Below are positions 11,473 to 22,107 of a DNA stretch of 64,000 nucleotides, in pieces. Both the position numbers and the translations under genes were made by a program. This DNA is from Saprolegnia diclina VS20. Lineage: Eukaryota. Below the pieces are notes generated by a model that saw nothing but the letters and a program-made list of their open reading frames with translations, was not told the DNA's origin and ran no database searches. Each line of letters begins with the position of its first letter. Positions within the stretch are counted from its first letter, which is position 1. Where the stretch lies: the NCBI RefSeq assembly GCF_000281045.1, contig NW_008246079.1, positions 238,724 to 302,723 of the forward strand, given 5' to 3'.

Positions 11473-11489
11473 CAAATTGAAAAGTGAGC
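11473..11489 (-). promoter_or_regulatory. Oomycete INR+FPR core promoter element of the P450 gene
   Basis: Minus strand reads GCTCACTTTTCAATTTG, close to the oomycete consensus GCTCATTYYNCAWTTT, a few nt upstream of the ATG at 11467. Confidence 0.65.
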
Positions 11490-12251
11490 TCTGGAGCGCA
11501 AGGCGCATGCTGTGGCGCCTCGAAGCAGCAAGCTTCGAAAATATCGGTATCGGCGCTGCACATCATTTGTCGGATCTCGCCGGCGTGGGACTCGGATCTT
11601 TGTCAACGTGGCAAGGCAGCTAGACGCGTCCTAATATATGGTCCAAGGCCAATATGAATATAACCAAGAGCGTGTACACTTGTCTTGACCGAGCATCGGA
11701 GGGCTCGAGTCCTTGTGGTCGACTTTGGGTGCCTCGTCGTCCCACTAAATGCACGCAACCTAGCTACTCGGCAAGGCTGCTTTGCAAAGCAGTATCTTGT
11801 CATTTACCGAGTACCACTTCAAGTAGTACTCGACTATCTCGATGTGCAAACACTGAGCCAACTGCCGTGTATTATTGTCGCAAACAAACCTGACCGTCAA
11901 AATCAGGCACTGCGATGGTGGTTGTGGTTGGCGGTGTGCTGGCTGGTACGACTAAATACACGCAACCCAGAGGCACTGCAGTCCGTGGCGCAACCGAACG
12001 TCCAGCACGCGCTGACGCCATGGCTTTGCGATCTCGGCAGGTAAAAATATAGTCGGTGACACCACCGCGTCATGTAAATTCCCGGTTAGGGGTTCGATCG
12101 AAAGCGCAACTCGAGTTCCTTTGAAAATGGCAAGTTTCAGTGTATCAAGTGCAATTTCAAAGTGCAAACTCGTCGAATGGCACCACGTTGCCCTGCGACA
12201 AGACGCCTCGAGGTACACAAATCATGTCAAATTGATGCAGTTATTCGTGGG

Positions 12252-15200
12252 CTATCGTGGTGCGGACGGCTGCCAGCGGTCGACCACCGGAGGGTTGGGA
12301 TGTGGGCCACGCGCGTCGTCCGGTCGCACGCCAATGGCATCGAGGTGGCTTCGAATCGAGAAGGGCAACGTGCCATACGTGGCCTTGAGCCGCTGGACGC
12401 AGTGGCCGAGGGCGAGCGACCAAGTGGGCGGGGACCACGCGCGGTCGTTCTCAGGCACGACGAACGTTGGCGCGACACTCACGTGCCCGTATACGTGCCG
12501 GAAGGTCCAGAGCGCGTCGAGCGCGTGGCCATACTCGATGAGCGAGAGCATGCGAGGCTCATCACCACGGGCCCGCACTCGGGCAGCGTCGTCAGCCGCC
12601 GCTTGGATCGCGTCGAGCGTCATGCGCGGAAGGAGCCGGAGGCGTTTGGCCATCGCCATGCACTCGACCCAGTAGCCGAGATGGTTGCCGTAGAGGTCCT
12701 CGGGCCACTCGGGCGTCGCGGGTACGACAAACGAAGGCGGTACCACCGAGGCGCCGTGGAGGCGGTAGTAGATCCCGACGCCCGACACAATGTGCGCCCA
12801 TGTCGCCGGTGCACCAAAGGTAAAGCCAGTCGCGCGCAGCGCCGCCGCGTTCTCCGGTCGTAATTTGGGTGCGCGGAGGCCAAGGAACCACGCTAGTTGC
12901 CCAAGCAGCACGCCGTGCCACGCGGCTGGCCACGCCGGGTTTTCGGGCACAGCAAAGTCCAACGGCACGGACGCGTCGCCGAGCAGCGTACGGGCATTCT
13001 CGAGGAGCGAGAGGAACACTTCAAAGGGCGGGATCTGCTCAAAGAGGCCAAGCCGACGCACCGTGGTTTCCATCGCGGCCGTGAGTTCAAACCAGTGGTA
13101 CCGGAGCGAGGCGGGGACATGGGACAAGACGATGCCGGCGGCCGCCGACGGCCACATTGGGTCGTTGGCCGGGACGTAGTAGTCGAGTGGGATTGCATTG
13201 GGGTCCCCGCCGAGCCCCCAGTACGCGACGAGCGCGCGAATTTGAATCGAGAGGTCGATGGTTTCGACGACGAGGTCGCCCGACGGGTCGCGGACGACGC
13301 AGCGCGACGACGGCGCGGTCGTGTGCCACACAAAGCCGACAGCGCGTAGATCACGCTCAAAGCCTCGGTCGTACGGCCGCTTGGCGCATTGGATCTCGTT
13401 GGCAATGGCGCCCAGTCGCAGCCCGCGGAACTGCTCTGGCCACGGCTCGGACGTCGGCACGATGAACTCGATGGGGATGTCGGCCGACCCGTACATGGCG
13501 CGGTAGAGTGCAATCACGTGCACTTGCCGGTGCAGATCTTCTGCGGACGGTGACGCTTCGGACGGCTCTGGAATCGGCGGGTCCAACGCCGTCCTCGTTG
13601 GTGGCGTCGGCTCCGATCGTGTTGCTGCTGCTGGCAGTGGGCGGTCCTGCAGGGGTCCTTGTGGCAGCGGACCCTGGTTCTCGACTGCGTCGATGGCTCT
13701 CGGAGGCGACACCGGCAGACTCTGCAGCCAGCGCACGCCCTTTCCGAGTGGGAAGCGGTGACTGCCCTCGGGCCACGCCACGCCGTTCGCCGGTACCACG
13801 AACGATTCTGGCACGTCTTGCTTGAAGACCTCATCGACCACGAGCTTCATCGCGAGCACGCGCGTCTTGAGCGCCGCCGTCTCCGCCACCGTCGTGGGCG
13901 TTGGCCACTCGAGCGGGACCGGGACGTCGTGCGTCAAGAGCTTTTTGACGGCCGACGCTGTCGTTGGCGGCAAAAGCACGAGCCGGAATGCGCCCTGGGT
14001 TACCTTGGACCAGTGGCCGAGGCGAAGGCCAAGAAGGTCCGAGGGCCATGTCGTTGGCACGACAAAGGACGCTGGCACGGCCAGAGGGCCGTAGAGGTGC
14101 TCAAAGTGCGCCAGACCTCGCAGGATCCGGGCCCACGTCGCGTCCGTGTTGAAGTCGAAGCCCGCGAGCGCCGTCTGTTTCTCCTTGGAGAGAAGCGAGA
14201 GGTTCAAGCCAACGCGCCATGCAAGGTCACCTAGCTCGAGGCCGCGCCACGCGTCCAGCCACGCGCCGTCATGCAGTGGTATGACAAAGTCGCGGTAGAC
14301 GGACGAGACGCCGTACGTGGTGTGGAAGAGCCCGAGGAGGCACACAAAGGTGCGGAAATCCGGGACCGACGTGACGAGACCGGCCGACCGCACGACGTCA
14401 ATCTGGTCGTCCGAGAGCTCGTACAAGTGCGCTTGGATCGCCGGCTGCACGTACTCGAGGAGCAAGTGGTGCGTCGCGCTTGGCCACGCGTCGTCGGCCG
14501 GCACGACAAAGCCAGGTGGCACTTGCAGGTGGCCGTGCTGCTGCCGGAAGACGATAAGTGCTTGGATCTGATCTTGCCACGAGATGGTCCGCGCCGCGCA
14601 GACCAACGTGTTGGGGCATTGGACAATGCAGCGGCCGACTGACCCGCGGACGCGCCAGAGAAACCCGAGCGTGTCGAGGTCCCGTTGCTGCTCGGGCGAC
14701 AGCATCGAGTCTTTTTGACGCAGCGCGGAAACCACGATCCCGAGCAGCATGTCGTGCAAGGAGACGGGATACGCCGCCGTCGGGGGCACGCGGAACGCCT
14801 GCGGCACGGCGAGGTGGCCGTTCTCGGCGCGGTAGCACCCCAGCGCCGTGAGCTTGTCGTGGAACGTCCATTTGCGCCGTGGCGCACTCTCGATCACGTC
14901 ATTACTTGTTGCGGGGGGCAGGTCCGACAAGCCGTCGTCCGACCCGACCGCCGACGCGGTAGAGACAGGCTGAAGAAACGACGTCGACGGCGACTCCGGC
15001 GCGTAGATCCGAAGTCGCTTGGACGGTCGCAAGGCGTCAGTTGCTGCCAAGTGTTGCGAACTCATGGTCGGTGAAAGGGTGTAGTAGCTGATACTCTCGA
15101 TGGGCAAACACGCGACGTCCAGCCGAGGCCGGCGCACTGGCGGCTGCACCGACATGCCGTTGGTCGGGGCATGGACGCTACGGAGCGGTTCCTGTGCGTT

Positions 15201-16262
15201 GGCAGCGGTCGTCCCCGATGCCGGCACCGTCGGCCGTGGGATCCGGACGCCGTTGGCAACCGAGGCGTCGAGCGCCGCCACAATCTCTTGGGTTTCACGC
15301 GGCAGCAGCCAGAGCGTGCTGGCTTGGCGTAGCTTGGCGGCAAAGTACCCGAGTCGGAGGCCGCGCAGTTGAGGCTCCCACTCGTCTGGCACGACAAAGC
15401 CTCGGGGCACGATGGCATTGCCCACATGCGCCACGTAGATTTCGAGGCCGCGCACAACACCCGCCCACGTCGCCGGCACGTTGAACGCGATGGCGTGTTC
15501 GGCGAGGGTGGCGCGGCGCTTTGGCGGCAGCAAGGCGCGCTTGATGCCGAGGTACCACACCACCTCGCCGAGGCCAACGCCGGCATGGCAAGCGGGCCAC
15601 GCGTCCGTTGGCGGTACGACAAAGTCCAGCGGCACAAAGTTGCAGCCTGTGTTGGTCTTGTAGAGCGAGAGCAAGCGCAGGACGTCGGCCCACGGCAAGA
15701 GGTCCTTGCACAGCGAGAGGCCATGGACGATCGCGACGTCGTCGTCAGCGAGCGCATAAAAGTTGGTCCGCAGCGCTTGCGGCGCGAACCGCAGCACGAC
15801 GTGAGCAGCCTCGGGCGGCCACGCGCTGTCGTCGTGCGGCACGACAAAGTCTTTAGGCATGTCGAGGTGGCCGTACCGGTCGTGGTGCGTCTGTAGGGCG
15901 GCGACGAGCGCGGACAGCTGGACGCGCTGGAGGCTGCGCCGGCCGTTGATCGACACGATGATGCGATGGTTGTTGAGGTGCAGCGCCCACGCAAAGCCTA
16001 TCGCCTCGAGCTGCGCAAAGTTGTCGGGCTCGAGCATCTTGCACGAGCTGCGGGCATTGTCAGCCAGCCGGCCCAGCGCGAGGCCGTGGAAGTGCTCTGG
16101 CCACGGCTCGGACGCCGGCACGACGTACTGGATACGAGGCCGACAGTGGCCGTACACGGACCGGAAGATAGCGAGCGCGAGGATCCGCTGCTCGCGTGGC
16201 AGCGTCATCTTGGGCAACGCCAGTGGCAGCGTCATCTTGGGCAACGCCAGTGGCAGCGCCAT
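12252..16262 (-). CDS. Large HA-domain repeat protein (about 1,336 aa, more than 10 HA-like units)
   Basis: Single long ORF with many F(V/R)VP...WP...G(L/V).LG motifs organised as three large super-repeats; ATG at 16262. Confidence 0.85.
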   Translation of the reverse strand: MALPLALPKMTLPLALPKMTLPREQRILALAIFRSVYGHCRPRIQYVVPASEPWPEHFHGLALGRLADNARSSCKMLEPDNFAQLEAIGFAWALHLNNHRIIVSINGRRSLQRVQLSALVAALQTHHDRYGHLDMPKDFVVPHDDSAWPPEAAHVVLRFAPQALRTNFYALADDDVAIVHGLSLCKDLLPWADVLRLLSLYKTNTGCNFVPLDFVVPPTDAWPACHAGVGLGEVVWYLGIKRALLPPKRRATLAEHAIAFNVPATWAGVVRGLEIYVAHVGNAIVPRGFVVPDEWEPQLRGLRLGYFAAKLRQASTLWLLPRETQEIVAALDASVANGVRIPRPTVPASGTTAANAQEPLRSVHAPTNGMSVQPPVRRPRLDVACLPIESISYYTLSPTMSSQHLAATDALRPSKRLRIYAPESPSTSFLQPVSTASAVGSDDGLSDLPPATSNDVIESAPRRKWTFHDKLTALGCYRAENGHLAVPQAFRVPPTAAYPVSLHDMLLGIVVSALRQKDSMLSPEQQRDLDTLGFLWRVRGSVGRCIVQCPNTLVCAARTISWQDQIQALIVFRQQHGHLQVPPGFVVPADDAWPSATHHLLLEYVQPAIQAHLYELSDDQIDVVRSAGLVTSVPDFRTFVCLLGLFHTTYGVSSVYRDFVIPLHDGAWLDAWRGLELGDLAWRVGLNLSLLSKEKQTALAGFDFNTDATWARILRGLAHFEHLYGPLAVPASFVVPTTWPSDLLGLRLGHWSKVTQGAFRLVLLPPTTASAVKKLLTHDVPVPLEWPTPTTVAETAALKTRVLAMKLVVDEVFKQDVPESFVVPANGVAWPEGSHRFPLGKGVRWLQSLPVSPPRAIDAVENQGPLPQGPLQDRPLPAAATRSEPTPPTRTALDPPIPEPSEASPSAEDLHRQVHVIALYRAMYGSADIPIEFIVPTSEPWPEQFRGLRLGAIANEIQCAKRPYDRGFERDLRAVGFVWHTTAPSSRCVVRDPSGDLVVETIDLSIQIRALVAYWGLGGDPNAIPLDYYVPANDPMWPSAAAGIVLSHVPASLRYHWFELTAAMETTVRRLGLFEQIPPFEVFLSLLENARTLLGDASVPLDFAVPENPAWPAAWHGVLLGQLAWFLGLRAPKLRPENAAALRATGFTFGAPATWAHIVSGVGIYYRLHGASVVPPSFVVPATPEWPEDLYGNHLGYWVECMAMAKRLRLLPRMTLDAIQAAADDAARVRARGDEPRMLSLIEYGHALDALWTFRHVYGHVSVAPTFVVPENDRAWSPPTWSLALGHCVQRLKATYGTLPFSIRSHLDAIGVRPDDARGPHPNPPVVDRWQPSAPR
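16199..16259 (-). repeat. 27-bp tandem duplication at the 5' end of the large HA gene (encodes LPLALPKMT twice)
   Basis: gcagcgtcatcttgggcaacgccagtg occurs twice, followed by a partial third copy. Confidence 0.9.
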
Positions 16263-16630
16263 CCGCGTCGTGTCGAAATGAACAGCCAATCAAATGCGTC
16301 GGGCAAGTCATTTTCAGCCAATCCCATGGCGGCGCCATCCCGCCACTTCAATTCCCCATGCTGCAACAGGACCGAGCAGAATAAAATCCCAAGAAATTGT
16401 ACCCTGGGCTCCTATGGACAACAGCAGCGTACGCTGGGTCATAGTACTGGTCGTCACCAAGCTTGGGTCTCGTCCCTTGGTTATTCCCGGTTACCCTAGC
16501 CACCGGAATAGGTCGAGCGTCCTAGTATGTCACCTCAACGAGTCGACACCACGCCGTCAACGTACTCGTCGTAACATTAGTATAACGTATAATGATGACA
16601 TATATCTGCCTCGTCCTCGCTGCTCGTTCC

Positions 16631-19600
16631 TTAGCTGAGGTCGCACAATGGAATCGCAAACGCCAAGTGCGTTGTCGGGCTCGGGCGCCGGGGTCGACAA
16701 AACCAGCGCCACGTCTTGATGTCAAAGACATACCAACGTCCATGCACCTCGAGCACCAAGAGGCCCGCGAGGATCGCGGACGTCGTGTCCAAGTACGTCT
16801 CGCCGTCGTGCGTCCAGCGTGTGAGGCGCAGCAGGTACACACTCTGTGCGTTGAGCGCGAGGGCCGACGCCATCGTCGCGTTTGTTTGTTGATTCGGGTA
16901 GCGCCACCGGTCGTAGAGGTAGCACCCGACGACGCAAGCGATGGCCAGCAGCACCGCCAGCTGCAGTCGCGTCCAGCTACCCACTTCGATGGTGCCGCCG
17001 ACACAGACAAGGCCCGCGTCCATGTCCACGCGCGTGCACGCGCGCTGCAAGCGGAAGGTGGCGCGCTGTGGCTGCATCATGGACCAGATCGCGACGAGGA
17101 GCCATGCGAGGTTGGAGCTTTTGAACGCATACGACGCCGTGTGGGCCAGCGTGACGCAGCTCAAGACGTCGTTGAGGACGTAGACGAGCCATGTCACTTC
17201 GGAGGCCGCGAGGATCGTCTTGAACCAAGGCACGGCCGGCGAGACGAGCTGCGTCGCGCCATCGACGCGGGTCAGCGCCAAGGGCACCGTGCTCAAGAGA
17301 CTCAGCGCTGTAATCGTCCGGAGCACGAGGAGGGTGCGTCCGACCCAGATGAGCCCGACGAGGCGGTTGACGCAGAAGAAGTTGAGGCCCTCGATGCGGC
17401 CGCGACAGTAGAGCGCGCTCGTAGCCACGAGCCCGGACGTTGCGATGAGCACGAGGGTGACGTACAGCACCGCGTACTGGCAAAAGGCAGCAAAGCTCGC
17501 AGGGATCGACGCTGGGTCGGGCGCCATGCTCTGCGGAATCGTGTAGTGGGAGATCGCAGTGATGGCGCCCTCGTCGCCCTCGAATCGAATCACCTCTCGG
17601 CCGCCGGTCGCCCACTCGTAGACGTAACACCAGCCGTAGAATGCCCACGCAGGATCGCTCTCGTCGAACAGCGGCAGGCTGAAGAGGTCGGCGCCGCGGC
17701 CGTCGTTGTAGTCGACGTACTGCGTGAGCTGGACGTTGAGCGTCGCTACGCTACGCTTGGCATCGGCCGCCATCGAATGCAAACTCGTCGACGGAAAGGT
17801 GGGAGCGTACTCGGCGATGTACGCTGAGAGGGCCATGTACGTTGAGGCGCACGACGCGGCGGCAGCGTTGTTGAGTCGACAAATACTCGCCGCTGCCACC
17901 GCCACCGGGGTCGTCCATTCGGTGACAGCGAGCGCAACGACCATCTCTTGGGTCGTCGGGTAGATCTGCTCGGCAAAGTTGACAAAGCAGAGCCCGTCGG
18001 TGCCAAAGAGCTTGTACAAGGCGACCGACGCTGGGTACGCCGCGTTGTCGTTGCCGCAGAGAATGTTGCCGCCGACGACGACGGCCGTCGTGTCGTTGAT
18101 GAGCACACCGGGCGCGTCAAAGATCGAGCTTGGAATCGCCAGCTCGTAGAACCGACGGCGCGCCGTGGCATCGTTGAGCACCAGCGCCGCGAGCGACTGC
18201 GTCATGCTCGCAACCAACCGACTCACGACGTCCGGTACGGCTACGTACAGCATGTCGACGGCGTTGAAAGGACCCACGCGGCTTGTAAACGACACCAAAC
18301 CGCTCCGGAGCGGACTCGGCAGCGTCAGGTTGCGTGCTAAGAGCGCTTGGCCCGATACATTGACGAATGCAAACGCTGGACTCGACGCCAAAAGGCTGCG
18401 CCCGCCCATGCCACTGGCATTGGTCGCGACCGCCCACAAGTCGCTCGCCAGCGTCCAGTACGCACGCATGGACGTCTGCTGCGTCGGATGGAAGCTGCCG
18501 ATCACGTCCCCAAGCGGCAGCGAGTACGTCACACCGAGCGCATTTGTGATATGAAACGCATGCGTCAAGCCCACAGTCTTGTAGTTTTGCCACTGCAAGT
18601 CGAACGACGTGAGCCCGTAGCGTCGCCAGAGCGCTGCTTCGTCGTTGATCGATGTCGACAGCGTTTGAAGTCGCTGTAGCCAGGCTTGGCCCGACGTGAG
18701 CGTATGGAGGGAGGCGGCGATGCCAATTTGAAACGAATCGCCCCAACAGCGCTGCCACGCGGTCCAGTCGTTCATGTTGCGCAGTGGCGCTTCCAAGTAC
18801 ACGGCACCGTTCGCTGTCATCGATGCTTCGCAGCGCGCCTGCCGCGCGGCCGTCGACGCCATGGCCCACTGGCGCTCGAGGTCGAGCCAGCAGTACTGCG
18901 TCGCCATCCACGGCAGTTGACACGGGTCCATGGCCCGCAAGTCCCGCACGACACTCTCCAACGAGACGCCGCTCGGCTCCAGGAGCAGACGGTTGCCGAG
19001 CGTCGCGCCCCACTGAATCGAGCTCGCCTCGCTGTCGTAGTGCAGGTTGATGTCGCCGCGGCTCGCGTCGTCCAGAGCGACGACACCGGACGATATCGAC
19101 AAGAGCTCGCGGTTCAGCACATTGGCGAGGAAGGCGTGCATGCCGCTGCTGTTGAAGCCAGCGACGTAGTAGTCGTTGGCGAGCGATGCTTGAATGAGCG
19201 AGAGGTACGTGACGTTGCCAAGGAGGGTAAAGACCATGTAGGTCGCCCCCGCGACAAGGTAGACGCCGTGCCACGACCAGCGCCGCGCTTGTTTCACGAC
19301 TGCAAACGAAAGCAGCGTCGACGGTCGCAACGTGCGCATCGAGGAAGCCGGCACTACCGACACGACACGCGTCTCGGAGGACACCATGCGCCACAGCTTG
19401 GTATCAAATGTCATCCAACGGCCTCGCCAGGGCACCGAGACAAAGCCGCACATGAGTCGCGCAATGACGTTCTTGGGCACACCGTCGAATACATCGTGAG
19501 CGCGGAGCCCCACGAGGCAGGCTGAGGTGTAGAGAAGGCCAGGGGACGCGGCGTCGTCGCGTTGGGCTGCAATGCGCGAGAAGACGGTCACGGCAAGGGG

Positions 19601-21838
19601 CGTTAGCACACTGCAGGCACCGAGCTGCAAGAGGCGAGCATACGACCCGAGCACCACGACACCGCTGTCGCAGTACACCAGGGTGGCCATATTGACACTG
19701 TAGCACGACCGTGCTATGGACGCAGTTGCTTGCACCGGCGCCACTTGGTCGACGAGCAAAAGAAGCAGCCACGTGAGCACTGCGCTGGGCCATAGCGCGT
19801 TTCGATGTCGGTTGGGAGCGAGCGGCTGCAGTGTTTCGTGGGCGACGAGCGTGGTCCAAGTGACGTCGCCCGCAAGAAGCCCGGACGTGAGGAGCGACCT
19901 CGGTTGCGGCTCGAGCCCAAAGACGGGGGAGGTGGGATCGGACGGCCCCCACTGTGCGGTGGCCAAGCAAATCGCCGCTGCCAAGGCGCGACATGCAAGG
20001 ACATTGCGGTTTAGCCAGACTGACCCGACGACGCAGTTGAAGCCGAGCCACGGACTGCATCGCGACGACGTGTGCCACGCGACCAGCAGCAAGAGAAGCG
20101 CGACGCCCGCCAGTCCTATCGTGACGACAGCAGCACAGTACGCCAAGTAGACAGCCAGACTCGATCGCAGCGACGGCTCGGGGCGCACCATGGGGGTATA
20201 CGCATACGACATGAGCCAAAGCGTCTGTATGTCGCCTTCGAAGGACACAACTTCCTTCTCGTTCATGGCCCAGTCGTAGAGGCTCATCCAGCCAAAGTAC
20301 GCCCAGTCCGGCGCCAGTAGCGACTGAACGAGCATCGTAGCGTTGCCCGGCGTGGCGGCTGGTGTCGTAAACTGAACATACGTGGCAGCAACGTCGCTCG
20401 CGGTGATCGGAGGCAGAGACAGTTGCAGGTACTGCCACGCTGCAGACGCAGCTGCAAACTGCTCGAGACACATTGCCACTTGGTGCGGAGGCAGCGTCGC
20501 ATGACAGATCATATTGTCTGTTTGCATGGCGACGGCAAAGAGAGCACCAAAGGGTGACGTTATTAGCGTCAGCGGTTGCTGCGTGCCACAGGCGTCGTCA
20601 AAGCCGAACGACTCTTGCACGAACGGCAGCGGCATGCCACTGTAGCACATGGGGTTGCCACCGAGAAACGCGCGCGTGATGTCGCGCCACGTCACCGGCG
20701 TGGGTGTCACTGGCATCGACGGGATCGCGCTCCAGAGACGGTGAAACGCAGCGTCGCGACGGCGCAAGGCCGCAAGAACACAGGATCGCATGGCGGCGAC
20801 GTTGGCAAGCAGCAAGGGCGGAGGAGCGACCCAGCGTAAATCAATCGACATGAGCGGCCCGATCTGGTCGTGGAGCGCTTGGTTCACCGGCGCCAAGGGA
20901 GCCCCGACGTTGAAGACTTCAATTTCGCTCGGGTTGATGTCGGCCCAAAAGCTGCTCGTGTTGCGCACGAGGCTCTCGCCTGCCGCGATGCCCACAAGGT
21001 CGTACTCGAGCGGTGCAAAGATCGACGCCGTGCTCCAGACGCTCGTGACGGCCATGCTCGGGAGCGTCTTGAGGCGCCACTTCAGCGCGTACCCCATCGC
21101 GTTGGTGATGTAGATAGTTTCTTGGACGCCGAGACCGACATAGTTGGCGTACTGCAGATGAAATTCCGTCAGATTGTGCGCTTTCCACACAGCCACTTCG
21201 TCTGCCACCGGTAAGCGGACGTGAGCATAGAGCTGTTGGCGCCACGCTTCTCCCCGAGGCGTCACCGCCATCGGCCCAGCGATGCGGGCTTGAAAGCGCG
21301 CGTCGTTCTGCACGAGCCACGCGGCCAAGTCAACGTTGCGCAGGACAGCCTCGAGGTGCACAGCGCCGTTGGCCGCGTACCGAGCTCCACACCGCGCTTG
21401 ACGCTCAAATGTGTGGGCCATTTCCCAGTGTTTTTCCAAGTCGACCCAGCAGTAGGGCGCCATGAGATATGTGACTTTGGCGACGTCGAGGCGACCGAGG
21501 CCGGCGATCCCAGCCTCGACCGTCGCCAAGTCGCCGTAGAAGACGAGGCGTGCGTACGCCGGGTTGAGACCAGCGGACGGAGCGAGCGAGACGCTGGAGA
21601 GGTCGAGCACACTTAGGTGGGATGCGAGCGTGAGCTGCGTCTCAAAGACCGTCAAGAGACCTCGCGATGTGTTGGAGGACCCAAAGCTGGCCCAGAAAAA
21701 GTCGTTGGTCATGTACGGCCGGAGCACGAGGAGCGCTGCGACGCTCGCGCCAACAGTAACCACGAGGTATGCAGCACCGAGTAGCTCAGCGATCGTGTCC
21801 CACCGCGTTGGCGGTAGCGCCACGACCGTTGGTGGCAT
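16631..21838 (-). CDS. Large multi-pass membrane protein of unknown function made of two tandem ~850-aa units
   Basis: Intronless ORF, first ATG at 21838. Paired motifs: YCWVDL/YCWLDL, RQARC (twice), NGAVHLEA/NGAVYLEA, GGNPMC/GGNILC, EVVSFEGD/EVIRFEGD, FDTKLWR/FDIKTWR. Several hydrophobic helices per unit. Confidence 0.85.
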   Translation of the reverse strand: MPPTVVALPPTRWDTIAELLGAAYLVVTVGASVAALLVLRPYMTNDFFWASFGSSNTSRGLLTVFETQLTLASHLSVLDLSSVSLAPSAGLNPAYARLVFYGDLATVEAGIAGLGRLDVAKVTYLMAPYCWVDLEKHWEMAHTFERQARCGARYAANGAVHLEAVLRNVDLAAWLVQNDARFQARIAGPMAVTPRGEAWRQQLYAHVRLPVADEVAVWKAHNLTEFHLQYANYVGLGVQETIYITNAMGYALKWRLKTLPSMAVTSVWSTASIFAPLEYDLVGIAAGESLVRNTSSFWADINPSEIEVFNVGAPLAPVNQALHDQIGPLMSIDLRWVAPPPLLLANVAAMRSCVLAALRRRDAAFHRLWSAIPSMPVTPTPVTWRDITRAFLGGNPMCYSGMPLPFVQESFGFDDACGTQQPLTLITSPFGALFAVAMQTDNMICHATLPPHQVAMCLEQFAAASAAWQYLQLSLPPITASDVAATYVQFTTPAATPGNATMLVQSLLAPDWAYFGWMSLYDWAMNEKEVVSFEGDIQTLWLMSYAYTPMVRPEPSLRSSLAVYLAYCAAVVTIGLAGVALLLLLVAWHTSSRCSPWLGFNCVVGSVWLNRNVLACRALAAAICLATAQWGPSDPTSPVFGLEPQPRSLLTSGLLAGDVTWTTLVAHETLQPLAPNRHRNALWPSAVLTWLLLLLVDQVAPVQATASIARSCYSVNMATLVYCDSGVVVLGSYARLLQLGACSVLTPLAVTVFSRIAAQRDDAASPGLLYTSACLVGLRAHDVFDGVPKNVIARLMCGFVSVPWRGRWMTFDTKLWRMVSSETRVVSVVPASSMRTLRPSTLLSFAVVKQARRWSWHGVYLVAGATYMVFTLLGNVTYLSLIQASLANDYYVAGFNSSGMHAFLANVLNRELLSISSGVVALDDASRGDINLHYDSEASSIQWGATLGNRLLLEPSGVSLESVVRDLRAMDPCQLPWMATQYCWLDLERQWAMASTAARQARCEASMTANGAVYLEAPLRNMNDWTAWQRCWGDSFQIGIAASLHTLTSGQAWLQRLQTLSTSINDEAALWRRYGLTSFDLQWQNYKTVGLTHAFHITNALGVTYSLPLGDVIGSFHPTQQTSMRAYWTLASDLWAVATNASGMGGRSLLASSPAFAFVNVSGQALLARNLTLPSPLRSGLVSFTSRVGPFNAVDMLYVAVPDVVSRLVASMTQSLAALVLNDATARRRFYELAIPSSIFDAPGVLINDTTAVVVGGNILCGNDNAAYPASVALYKLFGTDGLCFVNFAEQIYPTTQEMVVALAVTEWTTPVAVAAASICRLNNAAAASCASTYMALSAYIAEYAPTFPSTSLHSMAADAKRSVATLNVQLTQYVDYNDGRGADLFSLPLFDESDPAWAFYGWCYVYEWATGGREVIRFEGDEGAITAISHYTIPQSMAPDPASIPASFAAFCQYAVLYVTLVLIATSGLVATSALYCRGRIEGLNFFCVNRLVGLIWVGRTLLVLRTITALSLLSTVPLALTRVDGATQLVSPAVPWFKTILAASEVTWLVYVLNDVLSCVTLAHTASYAFKSSNLAWLLVAIWSMMQPQRATFRLQRACTRVDMDAGLVCVGGTIEVGSWTRLQLAVLLAIACVVGCYLYDRWRYPNQQTNATMASALALNAQSVYLLRLTRWTHDGETYLDTTSAILAGLLVLEVHGRWYVFDIKTWRWFCRPRRPSPTTHLAFAIPLCDLS

Positions 21839-22107
21839 TTGCAAGTCTCACGGATCCAGCGAGAAAGGCCGGTGGGAAACCCACTGGAGTTTCATTTTGC
21901 TCGAGCAAATTACGTTAGCACACAACGAGACAGTCTCGACACGGCCACGTCTCTCCAAGCAGCGTCGATGCTTGCGGTCTCATACAAGGATAAAGGCTTG
22001 AAGTTTGGCTCACAAGCTCGCTGCCGCTTCAAAATGGCGTGCCTTTAGCCAAAGCTACCGCGCTGTGATTGGCTCGCATCGTCGACCAACCCATTTTGCT
22101 GTGCAAA

